Positions 1-12,455 of a stretch of 64,000 nucleotides of DNA are shown piece by piece. The stretch's first letter is position 1. Every line of letters starts with the position of its first letter. The stretch spans positions 23,872,001-23,936,000 of the forward strand of contig CM059432.1 in NCBI GenBank assembly GCA_030390025.1. The letters are read 5' to 3'. Source of the stretch: Squalus acanthias. Its lineage: Eukaryota. Both the position numbers and the translations under genes were made by a program. The notes under the pieces were generated by a model, which worked only from the letters and a program-made list of their open reading frames with translations, ran no database searches and was not told the DNA's origin.

Positions 1-232
1 AGGACAGAGTTAAAATTGCAGCCAGTGACCAATGACTTCATCAGATCCCACTCTGCATATTTAAAGAAGGACCCTGCTGCCTGTGGGTGGGCGTCTTAGC
101 TGCCTGTCCAAAAGTACTGGTAAAAATCGCCAATGGCAGGATCGGGCATGAAATCAGTGGGTAAGTCACCTGGTGGATTTTAACTGCTTACCCACCCAGT
201 TTCCAGCGGGCGGGTAGGGTTAAAATCTCCCC
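1..232. mobile_element. Partial Harbinger-type MITE (terminal part; other end outside window or eroded)
   Basis: GC-rich CCCG/CGGG motifs ending in GGTTAAAATCTCCCC, resembling the termini of other MITEs in this window. Confidence 0.35.
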
Positions 233-878
233 TTTCTCTCTCCTAATCAGCCAAGGTCAATCTATACTTTAGAACATAAGAACCTTTAGACAAAGAAAAA
301 CCTTGACATGAAGACATGTTAAGCTTCATATTACAGTGTACACTGGTTGAAGCGTAACAGTTCTTGAAAACGTAAAATGAGGAGAGGCCATTTAGCCCAT
401 CAAGTATATTCTATCCACCGACCGTGACACCAGGAGTGTCCAATTTGTTTGTCACCATGGGCCACTTAATGAGTACCAAGAAGCCTCATGAGCTGCATGT
501 AAATTTTCTGTCACAGTTCCCATTCATTTGTATATATCTCAGGCTATGAACACTGACAGACCTTGGGGTTCTTATTTATGCACCAGTGAGGTAATGGCAC
601 TTAAAACAGTCCTTTCCAAACTTGCAGGGCCACAAAATTTAAGCAAGACAAACCAGCATGTTAGCAGTATCGGGCCAATTTTCCAGTGCTGGTTAAGTGG
701 AGCTGGAACTGCCTATCAGCTAGTGTAAAATCACACTGAGCTGACTACCCATCATTTTCACCATCAGCTCGTTTGAATAGTTAGCATGAATTCCCAGTGC
801 AAAGTTATACTTATGCCCGGAGCTAGCCTAATGGGGCATGCAGAAAATCTAGCTGGCAAGTAACCCTTGAAAGCTCAA

Positions 879-1652
879 GGGGGGAAAATTTGGTTGGTTA
901 GTGCCTCCAGGGAGGCGCTAACGGGGCGCTAGGAACTTAGCGCCCGAGCACAGCGATTTTAGCTGGCGAAATTGACCAGTCATTTTGCGGCGGCGCTAAA
1001 CACTACCGCCACGATCTCCTGCGCCCGCAGATCGTGATGTCAGTCAAGCGTGCAACGCCCCAGACCGGATATTGAGTCGCGCCCCCTGCCTTAGCGCCTG
1101 CCGCTAGGAACGACAGGTAGAGGGGAACATTTTCAAGTCGGGAAGGGGCTGGGGGAGCGCTATTTAAAGGCGGGTGCTTCCTGCCTTTTCTTATCGGCAA
1201 AATTTTTGGTTTTACCGCTGTCCTAAGGATTTTGGCCCTCAGCACCACTTTTGAGGTTCCTAAGCGCCGAGCTCTGTCCGTGGGCCTATCCATTAGTGCT
1301 TCCAACACAATTGCTTTTGAGGTCTCTCCAGGCCGAGATTCAGGGCTGCAATGAGCAGGGTGTGGCTGGCCAGCAAGATGGGCCCTTCCCTTTAAGAACT
1401 GGACGGCGCCAGTCTGTCTGGCTTCCATGGTAATTGGCATCGCCTGAGCTTCGGTAGCGTTATGAGGTAGCGCCTCGCTCCCTGACGTTTGCGCCTTAAG
1501 AGAGGTGTGTAGTGCCTGATTTAACGCTCAAATCACCTCCAGGGGCGATAGAGGCGAATTTTGCAGTCGGAGGCGATAATTAGCGCCGGGTGCTAAACTT
1601 TACGCCCGGCTGATAGTAGCACCCCAAAATGACGATACCGAATTTTTCCCCC
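879..1652. mobile_element. Non-autonomous Harbinger-like element (GGGGG-AAATT TIR family)
   Basis: TIRs GGGGGGAAAATTTGGT / rc GGGGGAAAAATTCGGT (14/16); 3-bp duplication CAA (876-878, 1653-1655); many TAGCGCC/GGCGCTA motifs. Confidence 0.75.
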
Positions 1653-2969
1653 CAACCTTTTTAAAAAGACAAAAGGAGCATGTTTGTGTATCCCTATACG
1701 GAAATGAGTAGGAAGGGGAGCAAGAGAGCAGAATGGTGGAAGCTGAGACCTGGGGAATTCTTCTGCTTAACCATTCCCTAATGCTCTGCAAAGCTGGAAT
1801 TTCCACACAGACATACACAAGCATCACATGCAGAATCTTACTAAGTGAGCTCTGCTTGAAGTTGTGTCAGGAAGCTAGCATCTGCCCTTTTCTGTTATTC
1901 TAGGCTTGGAAAAGTGGCCTGCTAGCATTGCCTCTGACTCACAGCAACACAACACCACATAGCGTCCTGTGTCTCTCACAGAAGTTCGCTAGCACCAACA
2001 CAGCTACACCATGGAAAATGCAGTCAGTGAGGTTGAGGAGGCAGGACAAACAAGTCACATTGGGGGGGAAAAAAAGGAACAGGAACCTGCTGGACAGATG
2101 ATCACATGGGTGCCATCAGTCCCCCTTCACAGTGGTGCAGTGATATTGGCTAGCAGTGTCCTGCTTCTTTTTCTTTTAATCGAGAAAGGAGACAAAAATG
2201 CTGTGATGCTAACTGATGCTTCACTCACTTGTTGGATACATTGATTGTCAGCACATTAGCTGACAGTGCAGTGCTTGGCTGAAATGAGCTGGAGCCAAAA
2301 GTATTGAGCCCTGCAGTGCCATTGATGGAACTGCCAGGTTGGCTACAGATGGCATCGCATATGGTCGAGTCCTGTAATTGTCTCTCTGCTGACTTGGAGC
2401 CTGTGGAGACAATTGCCTCCCAGCATTGTTGGTTAGGTGTTTCAAGGGTTGCATAATGGGAAATGCAATCAATACAGTTCAGATGCCTGTTGATCTGCCT
2501 TGGAACCCTCGAAGTTTACAGCACAGAAGGAAGCCATTTGTGTCACATGCTGTTTTTTTTGCTAGAGCATTCCAAAACTCATCCCCCCAGCCGCGATTTC
2601 TCCCCACAGCCCTGCATCCTCCTCTGCTTCAAATACCTTAACCAATCTTTCCTTAAAAGATGCAGTGGTCTCTGCTTCCACTACTCCCTGTGGCAAAGCA
2701 TTCCATTCTCCAACAACTCTTTGTGTATGGAAATTTCTCATAACCTTTCATCTAGCTCCACTACAGCCATGCGACACTGTATTGCGGGAGCAAGCCAAAC
2801 TTCATCATTAATTTTACTTCGACTTGCAGCCCGCCAGGGACTCTGCAGTACGCGCTTAGTTGCTTTGTGATTCAGCCTGCTTTTGTGAAAGATAGAACTG
2901 GAGAGCTCCTTTTCATGTACCCTCTTTTTTTTTTTGCATCCATTCCAGTTGTGCTGAAGTCCTGTCATT

Positions 2970-3737
2970 GGCCCAGAAATTAGACATCGATGGTTGCCGC
3001 GGGGGGTAAGGATCCCCCGCGATATCGCACTCCGCGCCTGCCTTTATGGTTCGGGCCCACACGAACTTCAGTTCCTGGGCCTCTCCCTGGTGCCGGCGCG
3101 CAGTGTGTGCGTGTCCTAGAGGCGCAGTTAGTTCAATGCGACCTCTGGGATCACGTGGGCCAGTTAGAGCCAATGGCAGCACACCATCTTTCATTCATAG
3201 TTTTGACAGCAAGAGCTGTCAAAACTATGAATACAACTTGCCCCCAAAAGAACAGCTAAACCTCAATTAATTTTTTTTTAAAAAACCATCACATTAATAA
3301 AATAACTATAGTTAAATAAATTAACCACTTTAAACAAAAATTTTAATTTTTGAAAAAATTTAAATTCTTTTTAAAAGTTATAAAAATAAACTTACCTTTT
3401 TTTAAAGTCTCTAAAAAAGATAAACCTGTTGAATTTTTTTAAAAATAATACTTAATTAACTACTTACCTTGTTAAAAGGGGATCTTACGCCTCCTTTTTT
3501 CAAGTGTAAAATTTTCCATACTTACCCTCGCGTTCAAACCTGAAAAAAAATCTAAGTTTGCTGCGTGCGCACAGCCTGTAGTGCGCACGCGGTTCACTTA
3601 GGAACCGCCCCCTTCGCAATATCGGAAGTGCCGGTTTCCCACGCATGCGCAGTGCATGCAGGAAACCGGCACTTCGGGACCGAATATGGGTGAGTACACA
3701 GTGCGTACTCTCCCGTATTCGGCTGAATTTCTGGGCC
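2970..3737. mobile_element. Non-autonomous Harbinger-like element (GGCC TIR family), copy 1
   Basis: Perfect TIR GGCCCAGAAATT/AATTTCTGGGCC; GC-rich arms, AT-rich centre; homologous to 17663-18317 and 35220-35983. Confidence 0.8.
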
Positions 3738-4617
3738 AATGTGTCATTGATGGTCCACCTTCTGGTGACTTAACCCAACAGTAAAGGAATACTTCTACGG
3801 GACAGAAAGGAAACAGTTCAATGCGATGGAAATATAAACTGTAGCAATAAATAGTATCCAAAAAATTCCACTGATTAAAAACCCCACAGTAAGCATAAGG
3901 AAAAAGAGCAAAGAAAACAAAAGGCAAAGATATTACCCTTTTAAGAGCTGCCCAGCCAATCACACTTCTCTTTAAGCCCATTGAAACCCCCAATTCTAAA
4001 AGTCATAAATCAAGCTATAGCGACCCTTGATTGCATTGCCATTAATTTGAGGTGGGTAATGAAGCTCGCAGTCGACATAAATGAGAGCGTCGGAAAATCA
4101 CAGCACATTTGCCTAAGGCCCACTAGCCCAATTTTCCAATGCTTGCTGGTTCTTGGAAAAAAAATCTACCCTCATAAGCATAAATAGAAATGAGCTGCCT
4201 GTGTATCATGAGCTGAACTGCAAGCACTCATGGACCACGTATGGCCCGCTGACATAGTTTGGATACCCTCCAAGGAACACTACCTCATCCATATAATTTC
4301 TTAAAGGAAAGTAATGTATCAATCATCCCACTGAACTCAGTCGCTAACTGGTGGCAACATATTAAAAAATTAAAAATAGGTTTCACATGAAAATGCCGAC
4401 TGAGACACACTTTATTTTTCCCCTGCACTGTGGACCTTGGCCTTTCATCTCGGTTTCTCGATATAATTTTCAGTTATGCTGTCATGCTTTGTGATGTCAT
4501 CGGACCTTGATATTTGTCTCCTGTCCCTGGAATTGCTTATTCTCCATGTTAAATGTTGGCAACCTATATTTATCTTTCACTGCAGAGAGTGGAGTGGTCA
4601 CCCAATGTATTCTGTGA

Positions 4618-4884
<267 letters not shown>

Positions 4885-4973
4885 TGACTATTGTGATAGA
4901 TATTTTAAAGAATGTTACTTGACTGGTTAAAAAAAAAGTGGTGATTCTGTTGCTTACTAGTAAGAAACACTTA

Positions 4974-5829
4974 GGGCTGGATTTTACTTACCGAGATGAG
5001 TTGGGGGCGGGACTGCTGCCTTCTGGGTTCTAGTCCCGCCCCCAGCAACGTCTGACGAACAGACACTATTTTGCCCTGATTGGCCTTGTTAAGCCCGCCC
5101 TGCGGGCTTGCCGGCCAGTTAAGGGAAAGCCGGTGTCAGATGATGTCAGTTGATGACGCTTCATCTGCCAGTTTTCTTAAAGACATATGCACCACACTTG
5201 TTTGACAGATGAATTGTCAGTGTTTGACAGCATTGAGGTGCTGTCAAACACTGACAATCACTGTCCAAAGGTGAGCCCTTTCACCAAGGCTCTCCAATTA
5301 CTCTCTCCTTAGGATAAAACAGGTGGCAGCTGCAGCTGAGATTGCAAAAGCCATCTGTCACTTCTCCCGATGAGATGAAACTACACAAACACTTCACAGC
5401 TTGTCACATGCAGAAACATCTAACCACATGAAAAATTACTTTCACAACATTTCCTTACCTCCGATAATAACCAGTTTCCCATTGCATCCTTCAAACCACT
5501 TCTGCAGCTGTCATCCAAACACCAACATAACAGCAGACCCACAGCATGCCTCACTTACCCTGGCGGTGTTCCCTGACATTGGGAAGCCCGTAGCAGCAGT
5601 CGAAAAATTGGGAAAAGCCTCTTAACTGCCTGTTAACAAGCAGTTAAGTGGCTGTAATCCTCTTCCCGCTGCGAGGAGTCGGGTCCCTGCGCAAATCGGG
5701 GACCCGACTCCCGGGAAGATTGGTTGGAGGCGGGTTGGGAGCGGGTTCGGGACCCGCTCCCATTCTTTTTGACTTTCCCAGCAGTCCCGCCTCCAAACCC
5801 GCCTCCTCAGGGCTGGTAAAATCCAGCCC
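4974..5829. mobile_element. Harbinger MITE (GGGCTGGATTTT TIR)
   Basis: TIR GGGCTGGATTTTAC / GTAAAATCCAGCCC; TTA duplication at 4971-4973 and 5830-5832; same TIR start as the 36426-40634 element. Confidence 0.88.
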
Positions 5830-5834
5830 TTAGG

Positions 5835-6295
5835 CTCCCCACATCTATGCTGAAGACACCCAACTCTACCTCATCGCTACTTCCCTGACTGATATCAGGC
5901 TGCGGATGAGTCAGAATTTCTTCCAACTGAAGCCATCATTTTCGGCCCCCAGAATAAACTGCTCTTGATGCTGATTCCATCGTCTTCCCCAGCCACCTGC
6001 TCAGGCTAAACCAAATCGTGGAACTCCTTGGCCTCCTGTTAAATCCAGAGCTGAGCTTCAAACTCCGCACCTTGTCCCTCACCAAGGCCGCTTATCTTCA
6101 CCTCCACATCACTGCCCCGCATCTCCCTCCCACGGCTGCTGAAAACATTAACCATACTTTTGTCTACTCTTGTCAGCTTCCCATCCCCGACCCTCCATAA
6201 ACTCCAACTTGTTCAAAACTCATGTACCTGTATTCTGTCCCACACTAAGTCCCGCTCGCCCATTACCTCCGTTCTCGCTGATCCACATGGGCTTC
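5835..6295 (+). mobile_element. Degraded L2 LINE RT/3' fragment
   Basis: HIYAEDTQLYL (YADD-like) and LQLVQNS...TKSRSPITSVLADPH, similar to the other L2 copies here. Confidence 0.75.
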
Positions 6296-8313
6296 CTGTC
6301 CCTTCACTGAAGGACAGTACTGAACGACGTAGGTTTTTATGACAATCCAGCAGCTTTCACGATCATTGTTTTTTCTGGCACCAGCCCACAAATGAGCAGA
6401 TTTGTTGAATTCAACATTTACAAATTGCTGTGGTAGGTGACGGTCCAGGGTCGACCTTGAATAATGCCACTTGATCGAAGTACTGGAGAGTGAACAAATG
6501 ATAGCCCAGCAAGGGGACAACACCTTCAGGGTGGAGAGGGGGAGTAAGAGAGCTTGGCTCGAATCAGTCATGTGCAAACTCATGTATTATGTATGTGCAA
6601 CTAACAAGTTATTCATGGCAAACAATATCACTAAGAAGTCCTAATTACAGTTACAGAAGCTTTCTATTCACACACTGACATTCCCTCTGATATTTCAAGT
6701 GCGTACTTTTAGTAAATCCAAGTCTCTTTGAGAAAGATTTTTTTTTAAATCCTCTTGTTTCTTCTGCCTGGAAATAGAGACTTTTCCCCCTCCCTTTTTG
6801 TTGGAAACAAATGCTTGCTGATGAAAGGCACTGGAGGCAGTGACAGACTGTGCCGAGCATCCAACTGTAGTTTAGTTGTGATCTTAAGACAACAGCTGTT
6901 CCCATAGTTTTGTAATAAGACATGTTATACTCAATTCAAATCCACTCAGATGCTAATCAGTTTTAAACAAATCTTTATCAAGTCTCAATTTGTTCACAGA
7001 GAGACTGAAGAGTCGCAGCAGCATTAGCACGCCGTCCAGTTCACCTCTGGGATTTGCCGTTTAATCCAGCTCAGACGGATGAAAGTTAGCTGTCTCTGTG
7101 TCTCAGTCTGCGGGCGTCACTCTTATTCAACTGTGTCTTTTTCTCTCTCGCTCTCAATTTTTCTCGCCGTCTGTCTCTTTCACTCTCCGTTTAATTTACT
7201 CTCTCTCTTTCATCGTTTCTCCTGAAAGGCTCCGCCGTGAAATGAATTTGGCTGCTTCATCCAATTGCCGGTGATGTGATTCACAGCACACACCTGCCGA
7301 CAATTCTGCACTAATTGGCAATCTCAATCAGATTGCATCTGGTGTGGGGAAATAGGAATGTCACACTGCTGCAGCAGGAGTCGAACTCATTTTCTAGCGA
7401 GTCTGAGCCAAGACAGGCAAAGAAGTGTCTGTTGTAACAAATTTCTAATCCTGGTGGTAAAGAACTGATTCTAATTATAGTGGCAGCCCCATTACCTGCA
7501 ATAATGGTAGAATGCTCGGCAGACTGTCAAAAACTGCACTGTCAGGTACAAAAACTGGACAAGTGACAACCTCAGGCTTCAACTCCTTTGAGGGAGAGAA
7601 TGTAGCTTAAAAAACTGGCTGGGCATGGTATTAACAGCTGCTTTCTCTTCTTTCCATGTCTGAAGGTACGGACAGGTTATCCACTCTTGGATTACTTCCA
7701 GTATTCAGCTGGCCTCTATGAAGTGAACAAAAGCACCTTGCGGAGAGAGGCGAGGGCCTCACTTCTTATCCAATATAGTATTTACTCGATGCCTCTCTCC
7801 CCTTCCATTCTATGAACCTAGTTCCCACCCACATGTATGAGGCACTGAGATGCTTGATTGCTCAGCTCTTGGCTAACTTCCTACATGGCAATCAGTGGTA
7901 ACACTGGCAAAACAAAAGTGTAATCTCTCAAACTGTGATCAGAGAATTCTGATATGAATATCTCAGCTGCCTTTCAGATGCCATTTCTTCATTTATCCTT
8001 TCCGGCACCTCTTCTAAAACCTGTCTTGCACTTAAAAAAAAAAGCTGATTGACTGAATCTTCTTTCACTTTAACCTCCAAACTCTCCCTCCATCGATTTG
8101 TTTCTTATGTTTCTCTATTTTATTGGTTCAACTCTGGTCATTGCTGCTCTGAACTTTCCTCTCCTCCTCTGAAGCTGCAAACACAGTGTCCTACACCTTC
8201 TTCAATAAAGGTTGCACTGTATCTCACTCTTACCTCATTCCTTCCCTGGACCTCAAAACTACAACTGCTTCAGACTTCTTGCCACAATGTATCTGCTTTG
8301 AAAATCAAGCTAG

Positions 8314-8664
<351 letters not shown>

Positions 8665-9925
8665 TGAAAGCAATGACTACTGCTGGGGTACAATTGCACA
8701 AGTGCGAGCAACCTGACAGTACCTCACTCAAGTGCATGTTTATCACATGTGACCCTAGTCACTGCTGTTTGGAAGCCAGTCAACGATAGTGAGCATCGCA
8801 ACCGAGTCTGTCCTCGTCTGATATCCACACATATGAGCCCAGTAGGAGTCTGTGACAGTTCTGGCATTTTCAACACCTTTTTCGCATTCAAAAGCCTGAT
8901 AGTTTCACACTCCCTTATGATTTTAAAACCGGATCTTTTGCTTTCTGTCTTGCAGAGATAACTTGGTTCAAGTCTAATGATTAACTCTGATTGTGGTAAA
9001 TTGCCAGCTGAAATCCATTTAGGATTTCCTCTAGGTATTCATTGTATCGATTGACAGAAAATATGGCATGCTAAATTGATTCACACAGGCTAAAACAATT
9101 ATCCACTTATTTCTACTTAAATAATACACAAAAACAAATCCATTAGGCTTATACTATAAGCACACTAAATGTATATCAACAATTCTGACTCAGTCTCCAA
9201 GAGGTTTATTTACCCTTTTCAAACATTATAGCTATAAATAGTTAATCAAATAATTCTTCATTGGAATCTTTCAGTACTTCCTTCAAAGTATGTGTAATGC
9301 TCGCTAACGATTTCTGAGTTGGGTAGTCTAAACAAATGTTCAGAAATTCAATAAAGAATTAAAGACTCTGAGGCATGGTCTATTTGTTTTAAACCCTTTG
9401 TTCCTTTGAAGATAGGGCTGTCAGTCAATCATGATCGAAGCAACAATATATTTTGACATGATACAATAGCACAGGTTAGACTACAGTATCATGAAGAACA
9501 CCCAATGGAATGCTAATGAAAAGATAAACACGCACTGTCTGGAATCTTAGCTGGTATAATATTTCAGTGCGAGCAGCCAAAGAATAGTGGCAACTGCTAA
9601 CAAGCTCCATACCTTAGCTTACAATAAGTTAAAATGCACAGTCCAGTTCACCACATAGTCGATCTTGAGTAGCGGTCATTCTATGTAAAACTCCCTGATA
9701 TCTGTTATTCTGTATGTAATCACACAAACGTATTTATTATTCTCCTGTATATATTTAAATAACTATATGCTGAGTACTAAATAGAAGGCTTCGCATTGGT
9801 AGTAGTGAGTTAGTTGGCTGGGATCTGAATGCTTGGTTCGGCTCAACTTGATATTGCCTCATGTCTATACTTTGTTTTGCCATGAAATAAAGCGGCATTG
9901 GTGAGACACACGGGAACTGTGCTTT

Positions 9926-10236
9926 TCTTCGACAGCACCTCCCAAACCCGTGACCTCTACCACCTAGAAGGACAAGGGCAGCAGGTGCACGGGAACACCA
10001 CCACCTGCAAGTTCCCCTCCAAGTCACACACCATCCTGACTTGGAAATATATTGCCATTCCTTCATCATCGCTGGGTCAAAATCCTGGAACTCCCTCCCT
10101 AACAGTACTGTGGGAGTACCTTCACCACACGGACTGCAGCGGTTCAGGAAGGCGGCTCACCACCACCTTCTCCAGGGCAAATAGGGATGGGCAATAAATG
10201 CTGGCCTTGCCACCGACGCCCACATCCCATGAATTA
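9926..10236 (+). mobile_element. Non-LTR LINE 3' end (clade uncertain, CR1/L2 group)
   Basis: Reads ..SKSWNSLPN.. then a tail TAGGGATGGGCAATAAATGCTGGCC; the same tail recurs at ~27055 and ~29775 (rc). Confidence 0.65.
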
Positions 10237-11059
10237 ATTTAAAGAAACTTGCGTGTTTCTTTTATTTTTCAGGAAAAATGTTCTGCATCACAAATCTTCA
10301 CTGCGAAGAAAATGGATTGGAGATTTGCTCCCAACTCTGTGTCAATGTTGCTCAGTAGTCATCTTTCAGAAAGACATGACTGACAGGACCTCTGATTGTT
10401 ATTTAAATATTAAAAGCCTCCCCTTGTTGTGGGTAACCATCTGACTGGCACTGTGCGCGATCAGTACAGCTCACCTTGTAAGGAATTGTGACTGACAATC
10501 CATGTGCCATCCTTCAGTTACTCACATCAGTTGATTTCCTGTCCAAGCCTCCTGCGCTTTCTTTCGTTTAAATGGAATATGAAACACTTCTAAATTGAAA
10601 TGTCTGAATTAGGGCAAAATCAGATTCACGCAAAGCAGTGCAACACGTCCCATTGTGCATCTACTTCTTCTGCCCCTCACCCACACCCATTATTTACAGT
10701 GACCATCAAGAGAACAACTGACACCCTGAAAACTTTATGAATATGGTAGTTTAAAACAGTCAAAGGGCCAGTTGGGTGCTTCCTCCTCTCACTCTGTGTC
10801 CCTTTGCGGAGCTGTTGCTTTGTGTATATTATTCATGGCAGTGGGACGTCAATAGTACTGTTCTCCCTCTTCCTCTCGCTGTCCAGGGAGAGGAAACAAA
10901 GGAAAATATTAGGAAGTGACGTTATCCTAGCATATAGCGAAAGACAGATCAGAGAAATATTTCACAAAAGCATTAATGTTGTTGTTACACATACTACCAG
11001 ATGAGTTCTTGTGGAACTCCAGCCACAGATCCATTTCTCCTCATTGCATAGAAGTGGAG

Positions 11060-11867
11060 CAACAACAACAACTTGTATTTATATAGCGCCTTTAACATAG
11101 TAAAACATCCCAAGCTGCTTCACAGGAGTATTATCAAACAAAATTTGACACCGAGCCACATAAGGAGATATTAGGACAGATGGCCAAAAGCTTGGTCAAA
11201 GAGGTAAGTTTTAAGGAGCGTCTTAAAGGAGAAGAGAGAGGTACAGAGGCAGCGAGGTTTATGGAGGGAATTCTAGAGCTTATGGCCTAGGCAGCTGAAG
11301 GCAATGATCAAGCAATTTAAATCGGGGATGCGCAAGAGGCCAGAATTGGAGGAGCGCAGAGATTTCAAAGGGTTGTAGGGTTGGAGGAGGTTACAGAGAT
11401 AGGGAGAAGTGAGGCCATGGAGGGATTTGAAAACAAGGATGAGAATTTTAAAATCAAGGCGTTGCTGGACTGGGATCCAATGTAGGCCATCGAGCGAAGG
11501 GTGAAAGGGACTTGGTGTGAGTTAGGATACCGGCAGCAGAGTTTTGCATGAGTTCAAGTTTATGGAGGGTGGACGATGGGAGGCCAGCCAGGATTGCGTT
11601 GGAATAGTCAAGTCTAGAGGTAACAAAGGCATGGATGAGGGTTTCAGCAGCAGATGAGCTGAGGTAGGGGTAGAGTTAGGCGATGTTACGGAGGTGAAAG
11701 TAGGCGGTCTTTGTTATGGAGGAGATATATGGTCGGTAGCTCATCTCGGGGTCAAATACGACACCAAGGTTGTGAACGGTCTGGTTCAGCCTCAGACAGT
11801 TGCCATCGAGAGGGCTGGATTCGGTGGCTTGGGAGCTTCCCAATATTTAGTTGGAGGAAATTTCTGC
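11060..11867 (-). mobile_element. L2 LINE 3' fragment
   Basis: (AAC)n tail followed by TTGTATTTATATAGCGCC; L2 ORF2 C-terminal remnants on the minus strand. Confidence 0.85.
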
Positions 11868-12455
11868 TCAACAACAACAACAACTTGTATTTATATAGCA
11901 CCTCTAACATAATAAAACGTCCCAAGGCACTTCACAGGAGTATTATAAGACAACAAATTTGACACCGAGCCACATAAGGAGAAATTAGGGCAGAGGACCA
12001 AAAGCTTGGTCAAAGAGGTAGGTTTTAAGGAGCATCTTAAAGGAGGAAAGAGAGGCGGTGAGGTTTAGGCAGGGAATTCCAGAGCTTAGGGCCTAGGCAA
12101 CAGAAGGCACGGCCACCGATGGTTGAGTGATTATAATCAGGGATGCTCAAGAGGGCAGAATTAGAGGAGCGCAGGTATCTCGGGGAGGGGGGGGGTGGTT
12201 GTGGGGCTGGAGGAGATTACAGAGATGGGGAGGGGCGAGGCCATGGAGAGATTTGAAAACAAGGATGAAAATTTTGAAATCGAGGCATTGCATAACCAGG
12301 AGCTAATGTAGATCAGCGAGCACAGGGGTGATGGGTGAACGGGACTTGGTGCGAGTTAGGATGTGGGCAGCCGAGTTTTGGATGACCTCAAGTTTACGTA
12401 GGGTGGAATGTGGGAGGCAAGCCAGGAGTGCGTTGGAATAGTCAGGTCTAGAGGT
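11868..12455 (-). mobile_element. Second L2 LINE 3' fragment, directly abutting the first
   Basis: Its own (AAC)n tail at 11868; ORF remnant SRPDYSNALLACLP..LEVIQNSAAHILTRTKSRSPITPVLADLH. Confidence 0.85.

Noticed and set aside
1003..1440. 145-aa ORF and similar GC-rich ORFs in MITEs (14632-14940, 19115-19640)
   Set aside because: No recognisable domain; open frames are expected by chance in GC-rich repeats
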